Positions 1 through 7,545 of a stretch of DNA of 20,000 nucleotides are shown one piece after another. The DNA comes from an uncultured virus (IMG/VR IMGVR_UViG_3300027892_000017). Lineage: Duplodnaviria > Heunggongvirae > Uroviricota > Caudoviricetes. Below the pieces are notes generated by a model. That model saw only the letters and a list, made by a program, of their open reading frames with translations. It had not been told where the DNA came from and searched no databases. Location of the stretch: positions 112,441 through 132,440 of the IMG/VR virus record IMGVR_UViG_3300027892_000017. One strand, written 5' to 3'. Both the position numbers and the translations under genes were made by a program. Every line of letters begins with the position of its first letter. Position 1 is the first letter of the stretch.

Positions 1-457
1 ATGGTATTAACAATTTTTGGAACCAAGTTTGATCAATTCCTTCGTTAAATGTTTTGCGATGCATTTTAAATTTACAAGGACTATATGCATATCTTTCATG
101 ATATGTATGTCCTTTTACAAAATAGCTCAATGTATCTACTGTAAAAAAGTGAACATGTGTTGGATCAACGCAGGCCCATTTACTGCGGAAATACGGCACA
201 ATAATAGTAACAGTAGCACCTGGTTTGGTTATGCGATGAATTTCTTCCATTGTTTTAACAATGTTGTTTAAATGTTCTAATACATTGTCTAAATGTACAA
301 CATCAAACTCACCACTCTCAAACGGCCATGGAAATACATCTAAGTTGTGTACTACATCAGCACCAACATTTTCGTTAATGTCTACAGTAACAATAGTATC
401 TCCAGGATTTCCTGGACGTTCTTTCTTACCACATCCGAGTACTAGTAATTTTGCCAT
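1..457 (-). CDS. Class I SAM-dependent methyltransferase (Methyltransf_11-like); 3' end runs off the window
   Basis: Not in the ORF track; translated by hand. ATG at 457 overlaps the queE stop (TAATG). Reads MAKLLVLGCGKK...VTVDINENVGADVVHNLDVFPWPFESGEFDVVHLDNVLEHL...MEEIHRITKPGATVTIIVP...DPTHVHFF with no stop to position 1. Contains motif I (LVLGCG), WPF..FD and LEH...RI.KPG motifs. Confidence 0.85.
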   Translation of the reverse strand, partial: MAKLLVLGCGKKERPGNPGDTIVTVDINENVGADVVHNLDVFPWPFESGEFDVVHLDNVLEHLNNIVKTMEEIHRITKPGATVTIIVPYFRSKWACVDPTHVHFFTVDTLSYFVKGHTYHERYAYSPCKFKMHRKTFNEGIDQTWFQKLLIP

Positions 458-1323
458 TAGGTACCCCACTCATTTTTAAATAGTGGCACTTGTAATCTGT
501 CACTATAACGCCATCCACGTTTCATAGCAAGATCGGCCACCTTACGATTGTTTAATGCATACACACTTTCTACACCGCCAACTGGCATTAGATAAACATG
601 TCCAGTGAAACCTGCTTTACGATATTCTTCAGTAGCACGTTCTGCATCGGCAAAGTCTTGTTCTGTAGCAATAACAAATTTTAAATATGCTGTACCATAC
701 TCTTCGTACTCACATACAATCTCAGGACAGATTGCTTCTTCCCACTTCTCGCCACTACAAGGAAGTTTAGCACTTACACTAAATGTAATCTCACGCCAAA
801 AATCTTGATCATGATGACTTTTCCAAGTATGCAAATATGAAGCAAATTCTGGAGTTAATTTTTGAGTACCGTTTGTTTCAAAAGTAATTTCTCTAAGACG
901 CCACATACTAGGATGATCTAACAAATCTGGATAAGCACGTTGCCAACCTAACAACGGCTCTCCGCCTGTAATAACTAGATGCTCATCTTCCCAACGCTTG
1001 TGCGGAAGTATCTCCATAATACGATTTACAATAGCGTTACTTTCTAACATTGGACTTAGATCTTTAAACTCTGGCATCCATGATGCATAGCTGTCACAAC
1101 CTGTGCTTACAAGCGGCAAGTCTTCATACTTTTGAAAAGACTCAATCATTTTGTGTGTTGCCGCAATGTCAGTAGCTTCGTGACTGACTTCACCACGTGG
1201 CATGCCAAAGCCTGCGCATTTAAAGTTACACCCAAATGTACGCAGAAACACAGACGGGACACCCATGTAGCGTCCTTCACCTTGGATACTGTAAAACAGT
1301 TCCGCTATTTTAATTTTACTCAT
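457..1323 (-). CDS. queE: 7-carboxy-7-deazaguanine synthase QueE (radical SAM), atypical CX3CX39C motif
   Basis: ELFYSIQGEG..G.PSVFLRTFGCNFKC...GCDS, VITGGEPLL, FETNGT, SVSAKL, LKFVI, YLMP, RLQVPL motifs. Start placed at ATG 1323 (ATGA overlap with the upstream gene). Confidence 0.93.
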   Translation of the reverse strand: MSKIKIAELFYSIQGEGRYMGVPSVFLRTFGCNFKCAGFGMPRGEVSHEATDIAATHKMIESFQKYEDLPLVSTGCDSYASWMPEFKDLSPMLESNAIVNRIMEILPHKRWEDEHLVITGGEPLLGWQRAYPDLLDHPSMWRLREITFETNGTQKLTPEFASYLHTWKSHHDQDFWREITFSVSAKLPCSGEKWEEAICPEIVCEYEEYGTAYLKFVIATEQDFADAERATEEYRKAGFTGHVYLMPVGGVESVYALNNRKVADLAMKRGWRYSDRLQVPLFKNEWGT

Positions 1324-1709
1324 ACACAATCCTGTTCTTTTGCCATTTTTGTTATTATAGCACGTTCTTCTTTATTTTGTCTAGTATTACGAAACTCTTT
1401 AACGTCTGCTGATGCAGTTACAAGAGTTTGAGCATAATTAATTGTTTGTTGCTCTTTCAAACAAATAGTCGATTCGGTATCAATATACCCTTTGGTAAGT
1501 AATGTCCAAATATGTGTCCAGCGTGACTTTGACCAAAAGTTTGTTCTAGTAGTAACATAGATGTTAACAGAAATACCTGTATCATCAGACTCTACCCAGA
1601 CATTGTGATCACAATCTGTATTAGAACATTCGCAAGCAACTCGATAAACTTTTGAATCGCCCCAATCGTTTTGCTTCAAAATACCTTCTGCTGGAGTTTG
1701 GGCTTTCAT
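1320..1709 (-). CDS. Hypothetical protein with CxCx4CxH cluster (possible metal binding)
   Basis: 129-aa ORF with ATGA overlaps at both ends; contains ACECSNTDCDH. Confidence 0.75.
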   Translation of the reverse strand: MKAQTPAEGILKQNDWGDSKVYRVACECSNTDCDHNVWVESDDTGISVNIYVTTRTNFWSKSRWTHIWTLLTKGYIDTESTICLKEQQTINYAQTLVTASADVKEFRNTRQNKEERAIITKMAKEQDCV

Positions 1710-2038
1710 TGTTTGAACATCTCTAAATTAATAATTTTAGCAACACGCTCACCGACATTTTCACCAGTGGGAATAACATAAGTTTGTTGATCGTGTCGAT
1801 CCTTACGGTCATCATAATGTCGAACATTGAGAATCTTACCACCAACTGCATTGCTTAGTTCAAATGTAATGCGACCTTCGCCTTCTGCACGGCCACGTTC
1901 TACCATTGCTGTTCCCATACCAATTGCCATTTTATGTTTATCCTGTAACCATACTGTTGAATTTATTTGATCGTAGTGGTCTCTATTTTCCCACATGTCT
2001 CGAACTTTGGTATATAACCATTTATCAAACCATTTCAT
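1706..2038 (-). CDS. Hypothetical phage protein
   Basis: 110-aa ORF with ATGA overlaps to both neighbours. Confidence 0.75.
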   Translation of the reverse strand: MKWFDKWLYTKVRDMWENRDHYDQINSTVWLQDKHKMAIGMGTAMVERGRAEGEGRITFELSNAVGGKILNVRHYDDRKDRHDQQTYVIPTGENVGERVAKIINLEMFKQ

Positions 2039-2253
2039 TCTACATCTTCCTCAAACCATTCGTCAACCATTGTTTCTGCTTCGTCTTGCGTTAACGCCGG
2101 AACAAAAATACGTGCTGGATGTCCAACTGTATGTTGTATATCAAATTTAACCACACCTGCTGGTATGTGATCGAATTCTCTCTCTACAATAAATTCTTGT
2201 AAATTCTTTGCACGGAAAATTAATTGATCAGTTAAGTCTTTAGCTGTTGTCAT
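2035..2253 (-). CDS. Hypothetical phage protein
   Basis: 72-aa ORF; its ATG overlaps the folE stop (ATGA). Confidence 0.7.
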   Translation of the reverse strand: MTTAKDLTDQLIFRAKNLQEFIVEREFDHIPAGVVKFDIQHTVGHPARIFVPALTQDEAETMVDEWFEEDVE

Positions 2254-3020
2254 CTTGGGGCAAACTCCTGTTGTAATTTAATGTTATCAAAAAACTCTTT
2301 CTTAGCACCTGGATCAGTTTTAAATGAACCAGTAAGTACAGTTGTCTGTGTTAATGAACTATGTGCCATAATGCCGCGATTCTCACAGCAACCGTGTGTT
2401 GCTTGAATGTATACTGCTACGTTTTTGGAATTTGTTGCTCGGCTGATTTCCCTAGCAATGTCATTGCAAAGTTCCTCCTGGAGAGTACCTCGACGGGCAC
2501 ACCACTGAGCGATCCTTGTATACTTGCTAAGTCCGATGAGTTTCTCAGCCGCAATAATACCAATATAAGCAACGCCAGTAACGGGTTGGTGATGATGGCT
2601 ACACATACTGCGAAGCTCGCTACGAACAACCAGCATGCCTTCATAACGGTCCGCCGAATCATTTGGAAAACATGTTGCGTCTGGTGCTGATTCATATCTA
2701 CCTGCCATAATTTCGTTAAAATACATCTTAGCAAGTCTACGTGCTGTGCCTTTGCTATTAGGATCGTTTTCTCTATCAATAAGTAAACTATCAAGCACTT
2801 GCTCAAATGCAGGTGTTGCTTCGTCAATTAATTTTTCTATATCACCTTCGTGCAAGTATTCACTGATGTTATCACCTGCCCAAAAACGTTTACCTTCACG
2901 TTTCATCTTAAAACGAATATGATCGCCTAAGTATGCTTCTTTGTAATCTTTGTTGTCGTCGCCTTGTTGTTCTGCACCGGTAAGTGCGTTCTTCAAGTCT
3001 TCTGTTGTAAATGTTGTCAA
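2250..3020 (-). CDS. folE: GTP cyclohydrolase I FolE
   Basis: TARRLAKMY, SMCSHHHQP, GLSKYTRI, LQEEL, HGCCENRG motifs. TTG start with GGAG ribosome-binding site upstream. Confidence 0.95.
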   Translation of the reverse strand: MTTFTTEDLKNALTGAEQQGDDNKDYKEAYLGDHIRFKMKREGKRFWAGDNISEYLHEGDIEKLIDEATPAFEQVLDSLLIDRENDPNSKGTARRLAKMYFNEIMAGRYESAPDATCFPNDSADRYEGMLVVRSELRSMCSHHHQPVTGVAYIGIIAAEKLIGLSKYTRIAQWCARRGTLQEELCNDIAREISRATNSKNVAVYIQATHGCCENRGIMAHSSLTQTTVLTGSFKTDPGAKKEFFDNIKLQQEFAPR

Positions 3021-3043
3021 GTTAATTCTCCGATCATTTGTAC

Positions 3044-3072
3044 ATTATATAGATTATTTAGGCAAATGTCAA
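3044..3072 (-). promoter_or_regulatory. Sigma70-consensus promoter upstream of folE
   Basis: Minus strand TTGACA (3072-3067), 17-nt spacer, TATAAT (3049-3044): perfect consensus. Confidence 0.9.
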
Positions 3073-3176
3073 CTAAAGTATCCATAAGATACAACAAACC
3101 CTATACCAAACCAGAAAATTACATATTCTAACCAATATTTTTCAAGTAAATTTTCTATCTTATTTTTAAGAGTCAT
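3069..3176 (-). CDS. Small putative membrane protein (35 aa)
   Basis: Below the ORF-track cutoff: MTLKNKIENLLEKYWLEYVIFWFGIGFVVSYGYFS. Fills the gap between genes and has a hydrophobic C-terminal half. Confidence 0.55.
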   Translation of the reverse strand: MTLKNKIENLLEKYWLEYVIFWFGIGFVVSYGYFS

Positions 3177-3188
3177 ATGTTGTTTCCA

Positions 3189-3386
3189 TCAAATTATGTT
3201 GCGATCTTTTTTATAGTTTTCGTAGTGCCGCTTGCGGCATTCTTCTTTAACTGATTGCGGAATATCTGGATGCCATTCTGCCATTCCGCAATCGTAATAT
3301 CTACCTTGAGGTTGATTTTGTATAATCATATATCCAAAGATACTCAATATTGTAACGGCAAGTATGACAATGATAATATCCTTCAT
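3189..3386 (-). CDS. Small protein with N-terminal transmembrane helix
   Basis: MKDIIIVILAVTILSIFGYMII followed by a soluble part with two Cys; ATG 3386 overlaps the upstream stop (ATGA). Confidence 0.7.
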   Translation of the reverse strand: MKDIIIVILAVTILSIFGYMIIQNQPQGRYYDCGMAEWHPDIPQSVKEECRKRHYENYKKDRNII

Positions 3387-3592
3387 AGTCGTTCGCTCAA
3401 AAGTATACGACATAAATCAGCATCTTTTTTATTTTTAAATGTAAAGGTCATGCAATCTTCTTCAGGATGAGATTCGTATCTGTTTCCAGGCAATCCAAAT
3501 ACTTCTAGTACTAGAGCACATGTTTCATTCCACCAAAAACCATTTTGGTTGTCCCATAATACTGCTACTTGATTCTCATTTGTCGCTAACAC
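3383..3592 (-). CDS. Hypothetical phage protein
   Basis: ORF-track frame 3383..3652. Likely start is GTG 3592, preceded by AAGGA; start position uncertain. Confidence 0.65.
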   Translation of the reverse strand: MLATNENQVAVLWDNQNGFWWNETCALVLEVFGLPGNRYESHPEEDCMTFTFKNKKDADLCRILLSERL

Positions 3593-3956
3593 GATAGTTT
3601 CCTTTTTCTGGAATAACATGTCTAACACCTCCACGTGGATCTTCCATATCACCCTTGCGTCTAGGAATCATATGTACATGTGGATACATTATTGTTTGTC
3701 CAGCAGCCTCGCCACAGTTTTGTCCGACATTAAAAGCGTCCCACCTGCCCGACTCGACGCCCATGTAACCAAATTTGTATGCGGCTTTGTAACAATCCCA
3801 GAGATGGTCCCAGTCTTCTTTGGTAGGCACAAATAACAGATGTCCTTCCGTAACTGGGTATGCATCTCGGAAGACCCAATAGTCTTTAGTTCGGTATTCA
3901 ATACCGGTCCACGGTGCTCGTTTTTCATCAAGTGCCCTTTCAATATCAGTTGTCAT
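3576..3956 (-). CDS. HIT-family nucleotide hydrolase
   Basis: D.YPVTEGHLLFVP, FNVGQNCGEAAGQTIMYPHVHMIPRR; the first His of the HxHxH triad is replaced by Tyr. Confidence 0.9.
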   Translation of the reverse strand: MTTDIERALDEKRAPWTGIEYRTKDYWVFRDAYPVTEGHLLFVPTKEDWDHLWDCYKAAYKFGYMGVESGRWDAFNVGQNCGEAAGQTIMYPHVHMIPRRKGDMEDPRGGVRHVIPEKGNYRVSDK

Positions 3957-4497
3957 TGCGCCAAAACTCTTCCCAAGGATAAACTAACCAACAGTCCTCT
4001 TCTGCTTTGTTGACTTCCCAAACAGAGTAGTCAACAGTTTCTTTACTTGCCATATTGTTAGTTAGTGTAGCAAATCGAACATTGCCTCCCCACACGTGAT
4101 TCCAAAAATCGTGATCGGGATGACAGCCACTTGGCCAGTCTTGTTTGATCCAGGCAATAGTGCTACCTTGATCATTAATGTCGTCTACAATAAGAATTTT
4201 TTTTCTGTAAGCCGGATCAACAAACGTGCCAGTGGATTCTCGTATTTCACTAGGGACACAACCAAATGCATCTTCAGCCATGCCTAAGTCGCTTACACAA
4301 TCTCCACCATCACGTAAACTTACTTGTAATGGACGCATGGGAATTCCCATATATTGACTAAGCAGTACTGCTGGCACAGCACCGCCACGTGTGATACCTA
4401 CAATATAATCTGGACGCCAGTTGTCTTGCTGTAGCTGTCTAGCAATATCTAAACAAGCACCTTCAATTTGACTCCAGCTATAGTAAACCTTTTTCAT
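3946..4497 (-). CDS. Type I phosphoribosyltransferase (Gpt/HPRT-like purine PRTase)
   Basis: PDYIVGITRGG, PRPP-binding loop ILIVDDINDQGST, C-terminal WLVYPWE as in Gpt-like enzymes. Confidence 0.88.
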   Translation of the reverse strand: MKKVYYSWSQIEGACLDIARQLQQDNWRPDYIVGITRGGAVPAVLLSQYMGIPMRPLQVSLRDGGDCVSDLGMAEDAFGCVPSEIRESTGTFVDPAYRKKILIVDDINDQGSTIAWIKQDWPSGCHPDHDFWNHVWGGNVRFATLTNNMASKETVDYSVWEVNKAEEDCWLVYPWEEFWRNDN

Positions 4498-4505
4498 TAA
4501 GTGCC

Positions 4506-4733
4506 TTACTGTAAATTACGATTATCATCTTCTTCTGAACGCATAATTGCTTCAACAATGTCTTCATCTAAATCTTCTATATCTACCTCATGGGAGTTTT
4601 CTTCAAGTTCTCCACTTTTGAACATACGATGAATTTCAGAAACAAGTTCGTCAAGTTCTTCTTGTGTGCCATCAAAATTATCAAAGCAGCCTGGTGCAAA
4701 TTCGATTTTAGTTGCTTTTGGTTTATCAGTCAT
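4506..4733 (-). CDS. Small acidic hypothetical protein
   Basis: MTDKPKATKIEF...EELDELVSEI...EVDIEDLDEDIVEAIMRSEEDD; start at ATG 4733, with a GG-containing purine run (AAAGGCG) just upstream. Confidence 0.72.
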   Translation of the reverse strand: MTDKPKATKIEFAPGCFDNFDGTQEELDELVSEIHRMFKSGELEENSHEVDIEDLDEDIVEAIMRSEEDDNRNLQ

Positions 4734-5094
4734 GATCGCCTTTAATTGATTCAAATGTTCTATACTTACCCAATGCATTTATGTATTCGTCATACATCTT
4801 TTTTAGTTTTGGATATTTCTTTTCAAGTATAACATCTCTTTCGGGAATTTGCAAGACTTTTTCAATTGTGTTTAACCGTTCTTCCAAGTCACGGCCGTTA
4901 ATAACCATTCGACCTTTAACTTCTAATTCTGGCGGAGTTTGTTTAACAATCATAACATTGTCATTTGGATTAGTCCACGTTGTACCGTTAGACCCACTTG
5001 TTAAAAACTGTCCTGATGTATTGGTAGTTGTATAAACGTAGCCACCACTAGTAGTATTAGCTATGTTGTTTGCGTTCTTCAAGATATAGCTCAT
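4726..5094 (-). CDS. Hypothetical protein, T/S/N-rich N-terminus and C-terminal YPxLK helix
   Basis: ORF-track frame 4726..5118; ATG 5094 preferred (uncertain). Confidence 0.7.
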   Translation of the reverse strand: MSYILKNANNIANTTSGGYVYTTTNTSGQFLTSGSNGTTWTNPNDNVMIVKQTPPELEVKGRMVINGRDLEERLNTIEKVLQIPERDVILEKKYPKLKKMYDEYINALGKYRTFESIKGDHD

Positions 5095-5512
5095 TATGTA
5101 TCCATTTATTTTTAACAAGGAATCCCCATTCTTGTTTTTGTGGACCTGGCATGAACAATGTCCACGCAGTTACGTTAGGATCAAGCTCAATACGATGATA
5201 GCTGTTAGCACTACATATACGAAAATGTCCTGGACCTCGCCATTTACACATTTCACCTGACATATTACCTTGCTCGTCAAATAACGGAATCCATTCATAG
5301 TATCCGCCTTTTAAAATCAGTGTAGCATAAGGCCACGGATGATCATGTACATCGCCAGGATCTGACTGATGAAACTTGTGTAAAAATATGTTAAACGGAA
5401 ACCAGTTACGATCCTTTAGGAACAAATAGTAACGTGTGATAAGTGGAGCACCGTTTTGGCGATCCATAATAATACGTTTACGTCCAATGTGTTCTAAAAA
5501 TTTAAGAAGCAT
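5057..5512 (-). CDS. Cupin-fold metal-binding protein
   Basis: LHKFHQSD...HDHPW..TLILKGGYYE and YHRIEL...AWTLF: two-part cupin His motif. Start at ATG 5512. Confidence 0.8.
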   Translation of the reverse strand: MLLKFLEHIGRKRIIMDRQNGAPLITRYYLFLKDRNWFPFNIFLHKFHQSDPGDVHDHPWPYATLILKGGYYEWIPLFDEQGNMSGEMCKWRGPGHFRICSANSYHRIELDPNVTAWTLFMPGPQKQEWGFLVKNKWIHNELYLEERKQHS

Positions 5513-5867
5513 ATTTATTGCCTTTCTTTGCTTCCCAATCGTCCTCAATCATTGCATAAGTTTGTTTGAATTTTTCAAATGCAATTTTTAAAGCAGGATA
5601 TTCCTTACACATTTTTTCAACTTCTGAGTAGCTAGGGAAACTATCAACCCATTCAATTGGTAAATTAAAACTCCAATTATCTGATCCACCAATAGTAATA
5701 GTATCTAAAGGAGAGATTGTACTAATACTTCCGCTTGCAAGTGTATAACTTCCAGCAAACACGGAAGTGTCTATAGTTACAGTATTGGCACTTGTTATTG
5801 ACGACAAGTCAATTGTGTCACTGTTTAATGTTATTGAGTAAGTCTCTGGCGCTAAAGAACTGTTCAT
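5502..5867 (-). CDS. Hypothetical protein, T/S-rich N-terminus and C-terminal YPxLK helix
   Basis: 121-aa ORF overlapping both neighbours. Confidence 0.7.
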   Translation of the reverse strand: MNSSLAPETYSITLNSDTIDLSSITSANTVTIDTSVFAGSYTLASGSISTISPLDTITIGGSDNWSFNLPIEWVDSFPSYSEVEKMCKEYPALKIAFEKFKQTYAMIEDDWEAKKGNKYAS

Positions 5868-6891
5868 TTAAGATATCCTTTTGTTTTCTAATTTGTGGAA
5901 TCCTAGTTCTGTAATTATCCATATGCTGTATAATTTCTTTACACAAATTAGGACGATATACATTATATGCGTCCCAGCTTTCGGTCCACTTACTTGGATA
6001 CTTAAATGTGTCCAAGTACATTTCTTTGTAACTTAGTCTGTCAGGAACCATTGGAATTGCATCTACAACAGTGCCTTCATAACAACTAATGCCTAATGTT
6101 TCTTGCAAATTAGCACTAAACACTAGTTTTGCCTCACCCAATAAATTATGATATTCATTTTTAGTCAGTTGTTGATCTTGACATACGACAAATTCATATT
6201 GTGGTAAGTGTTCTTTTAAATCTCTAAAAATATTAACTTGTTTTTCTGGAGCAATACGATGTGGGAATAAGATAAGATCACGCTTGGGCATGTTCTTATA
6301 CATTGTTAACGTATCTTCCATATACTCCATGGGCCATCCTGTGCGTATAATTTTACTTTGATTAGTATAATAGTTTGGTGGAGTAAGAGTATCATGGAAC
6401 AAGTTTTCAGTAAACATGTTAATATGAAACTCTGTAGCAAAGTAGTTATAATCAAATGAATGGAAGAAACTTTTCTCAGCATGTCTAACCCAAGGTTTAG
6501 CACCAACCAAGCGTCCAAGAAAGTCTTGTGGATCATATGATCCAGCATGCCATAAGCCGTGTGTAGTTACCGGAATACCTAGCAACTCACTCATGTACTT
6601 TAAGTTTATGATACCAGGATGCCAAGCATCAGTAAAGATAAAGTGATCGCCGGAATGAACGGCTCCGTTACAAAATAAACGACCCATCTGCTCAACTTGA
6701 CTAGCCTTGTATATATTAGTCCCGCCAAAGTTAAGAAACGCTCCTGGAGTGGTAGCACTAGGTATGTCCATAGGACCAGAGATAATTTGAACATTGTGTC
6801 CTGCCTTTTTAAGTAGTTTGGGTACACTAGTTTTCCATTGACCAGTGTACCGTGTGTCAACTGCTTCAAGGTCGACTAAAAAGACTTTCAT
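5818..6891 (-). CDS. GT-B fold glycosyltransferase (GT4-like)
   Basis: 357 aa; FPHRIAPEKQ donor-binding motif, EX7E signature ETLGISCYE, and WHAGSYD in the N-terminal domain. Confidence 0.85.
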   Translation of the reverse strand: MKVFLVDLEAVDTRYTGQWKTSVPKLLKKAGHNVQIISGPMDIPSATTPGAFLNFGGTNIYKASQVEQMGRLFCNGAVHSGDHFIFTDAWHPGIINLKYMSELLGIPVTTHGLWHAGSYDPQDFLGRLVGAKPWVRHAEKSFFHSFDYNYFATEFHINMFTENLFHDTLTPPNYYTNQSKIIRTGWPMEYMEDTLTMYKNMPKRDLILFPHRIAPEKQVNIFRDLKEHLPQYEFVVCQDQQLTKNEYHNLLGEAKLVFSANLQETLGISCYEGTVVDAIPMVPDRLSYKEMYLDTFKYPSKWTESWDAYNVYRPNLCKEIIQHMDNYRTRIPQIRKQKDILNEQFFSARDLLNNIKQ

Positions 6892-7130
6892 CAGTCTTTG
6901 AACCTTGGTTTGCTGTTAAAATTTGGATTATGTGGACGAGGATTCTTGCCCAAATAAGGTTTACGTTCACCGTTCCATGCCTTCTTAGGTCGACGGCTGT
7001 ACTCAAAATCTCGCCAATTTTGACTTTCCCTATTATAAAGGTCGGCTGGGTTATAGTTACGCAACTCAAAGCGACAAAAGTCGAGATAGTTGTCCAGGTC
7101 ATCAAAAATCTTAACGACTTCGTTTTTCAT
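6891..7130 (-). CDS. Hypothetical protein with basic, Pro/Asn-rich tail
   Basis: MKNEVVKIFDDLDNYLDFCRF...; ATG 7130 with AAGGA upstream; its stop overlaps the GT start (TGATG). Confidence 0.72.
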   Translation of the reverse strand: MKNEVVKIFDDLDNYLDFCRFELRNYNPADLYNRESQNWRDFEYSRRPKKAWNGERKPYLGKNPRPHNPNFNSKPRFKD

Positions 7131-7149
7131 AGGAGTATTTCCTTTAATT

Positions 7150-7545
7150 TTAGTACTTAATAAATGAACCATTTTCTCCGTCTTCGGAGACCTCAATCCA
7201 AACCTCACGGCCTGGATACTTATTGGAAATAGTGTCGTACAATTCGTCCGACATCATTTCGCAACTCTTATGATCTAGCGACAAAACACCTTGTGCGCTA
7301 GAATACAGTTGTTCAAGCCATCGCTTGAATTGTATGAATTCCACATCTCTGTCATTGTGGGTGACACTAAGCCATACCCTAAAATGGAAAATATGACGAT
7401 GAGGATTAGCAAGAAACGATACATCATATTGATCTCCTGTTGCTAGGTTAGGGTCTGTTGCGGCCGCAGGATAGCAATGGATGCCTTCCTTTTGAAATGT
7501 GACCCAAATCATTTTAAGCGGCCGTATATCTTGTTTAAGAATCAT
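7150..7545 (-). CDS. QueD-like T-fold protein with LxxxHRHxF motif (DpdL-like)
   Basis: EGIHCYP...FLANPHRHIFHF, DRDVEFI, SCEMMS, IEVSEDGENG: PTPS/QueD layout but lacking the canonical CxxxHGH. Start at ATG 7545 (ATGA overlap). Confidence 0.8.
   Translation of the reverse strand: MILKQDIRPLKMIWVTFQKEGIHCYPAAATDPNLATGDQYDVSFLANPHRHIFHFRVWLSVTHNDRDVEFIQFKRWLEQLYSSAQGVLSLDHKSCEMMSDELYDTISNKYPGREVWIEVSEDGENGSFIKY

Noticed and set aside
3021..3072. preQ1 riboswitch or tRNA near folE/queE
   Set aside because: The folE leader is only about 17 nt after the predicted start site, and no intergenic gap shows a preQ1 aptamer or cloverleaf.
6832..6860. TTGACA inside the glycosyltransferase gene
   Set aside because: No acceptable -10 hexamer at a 16-18 nt spacing.
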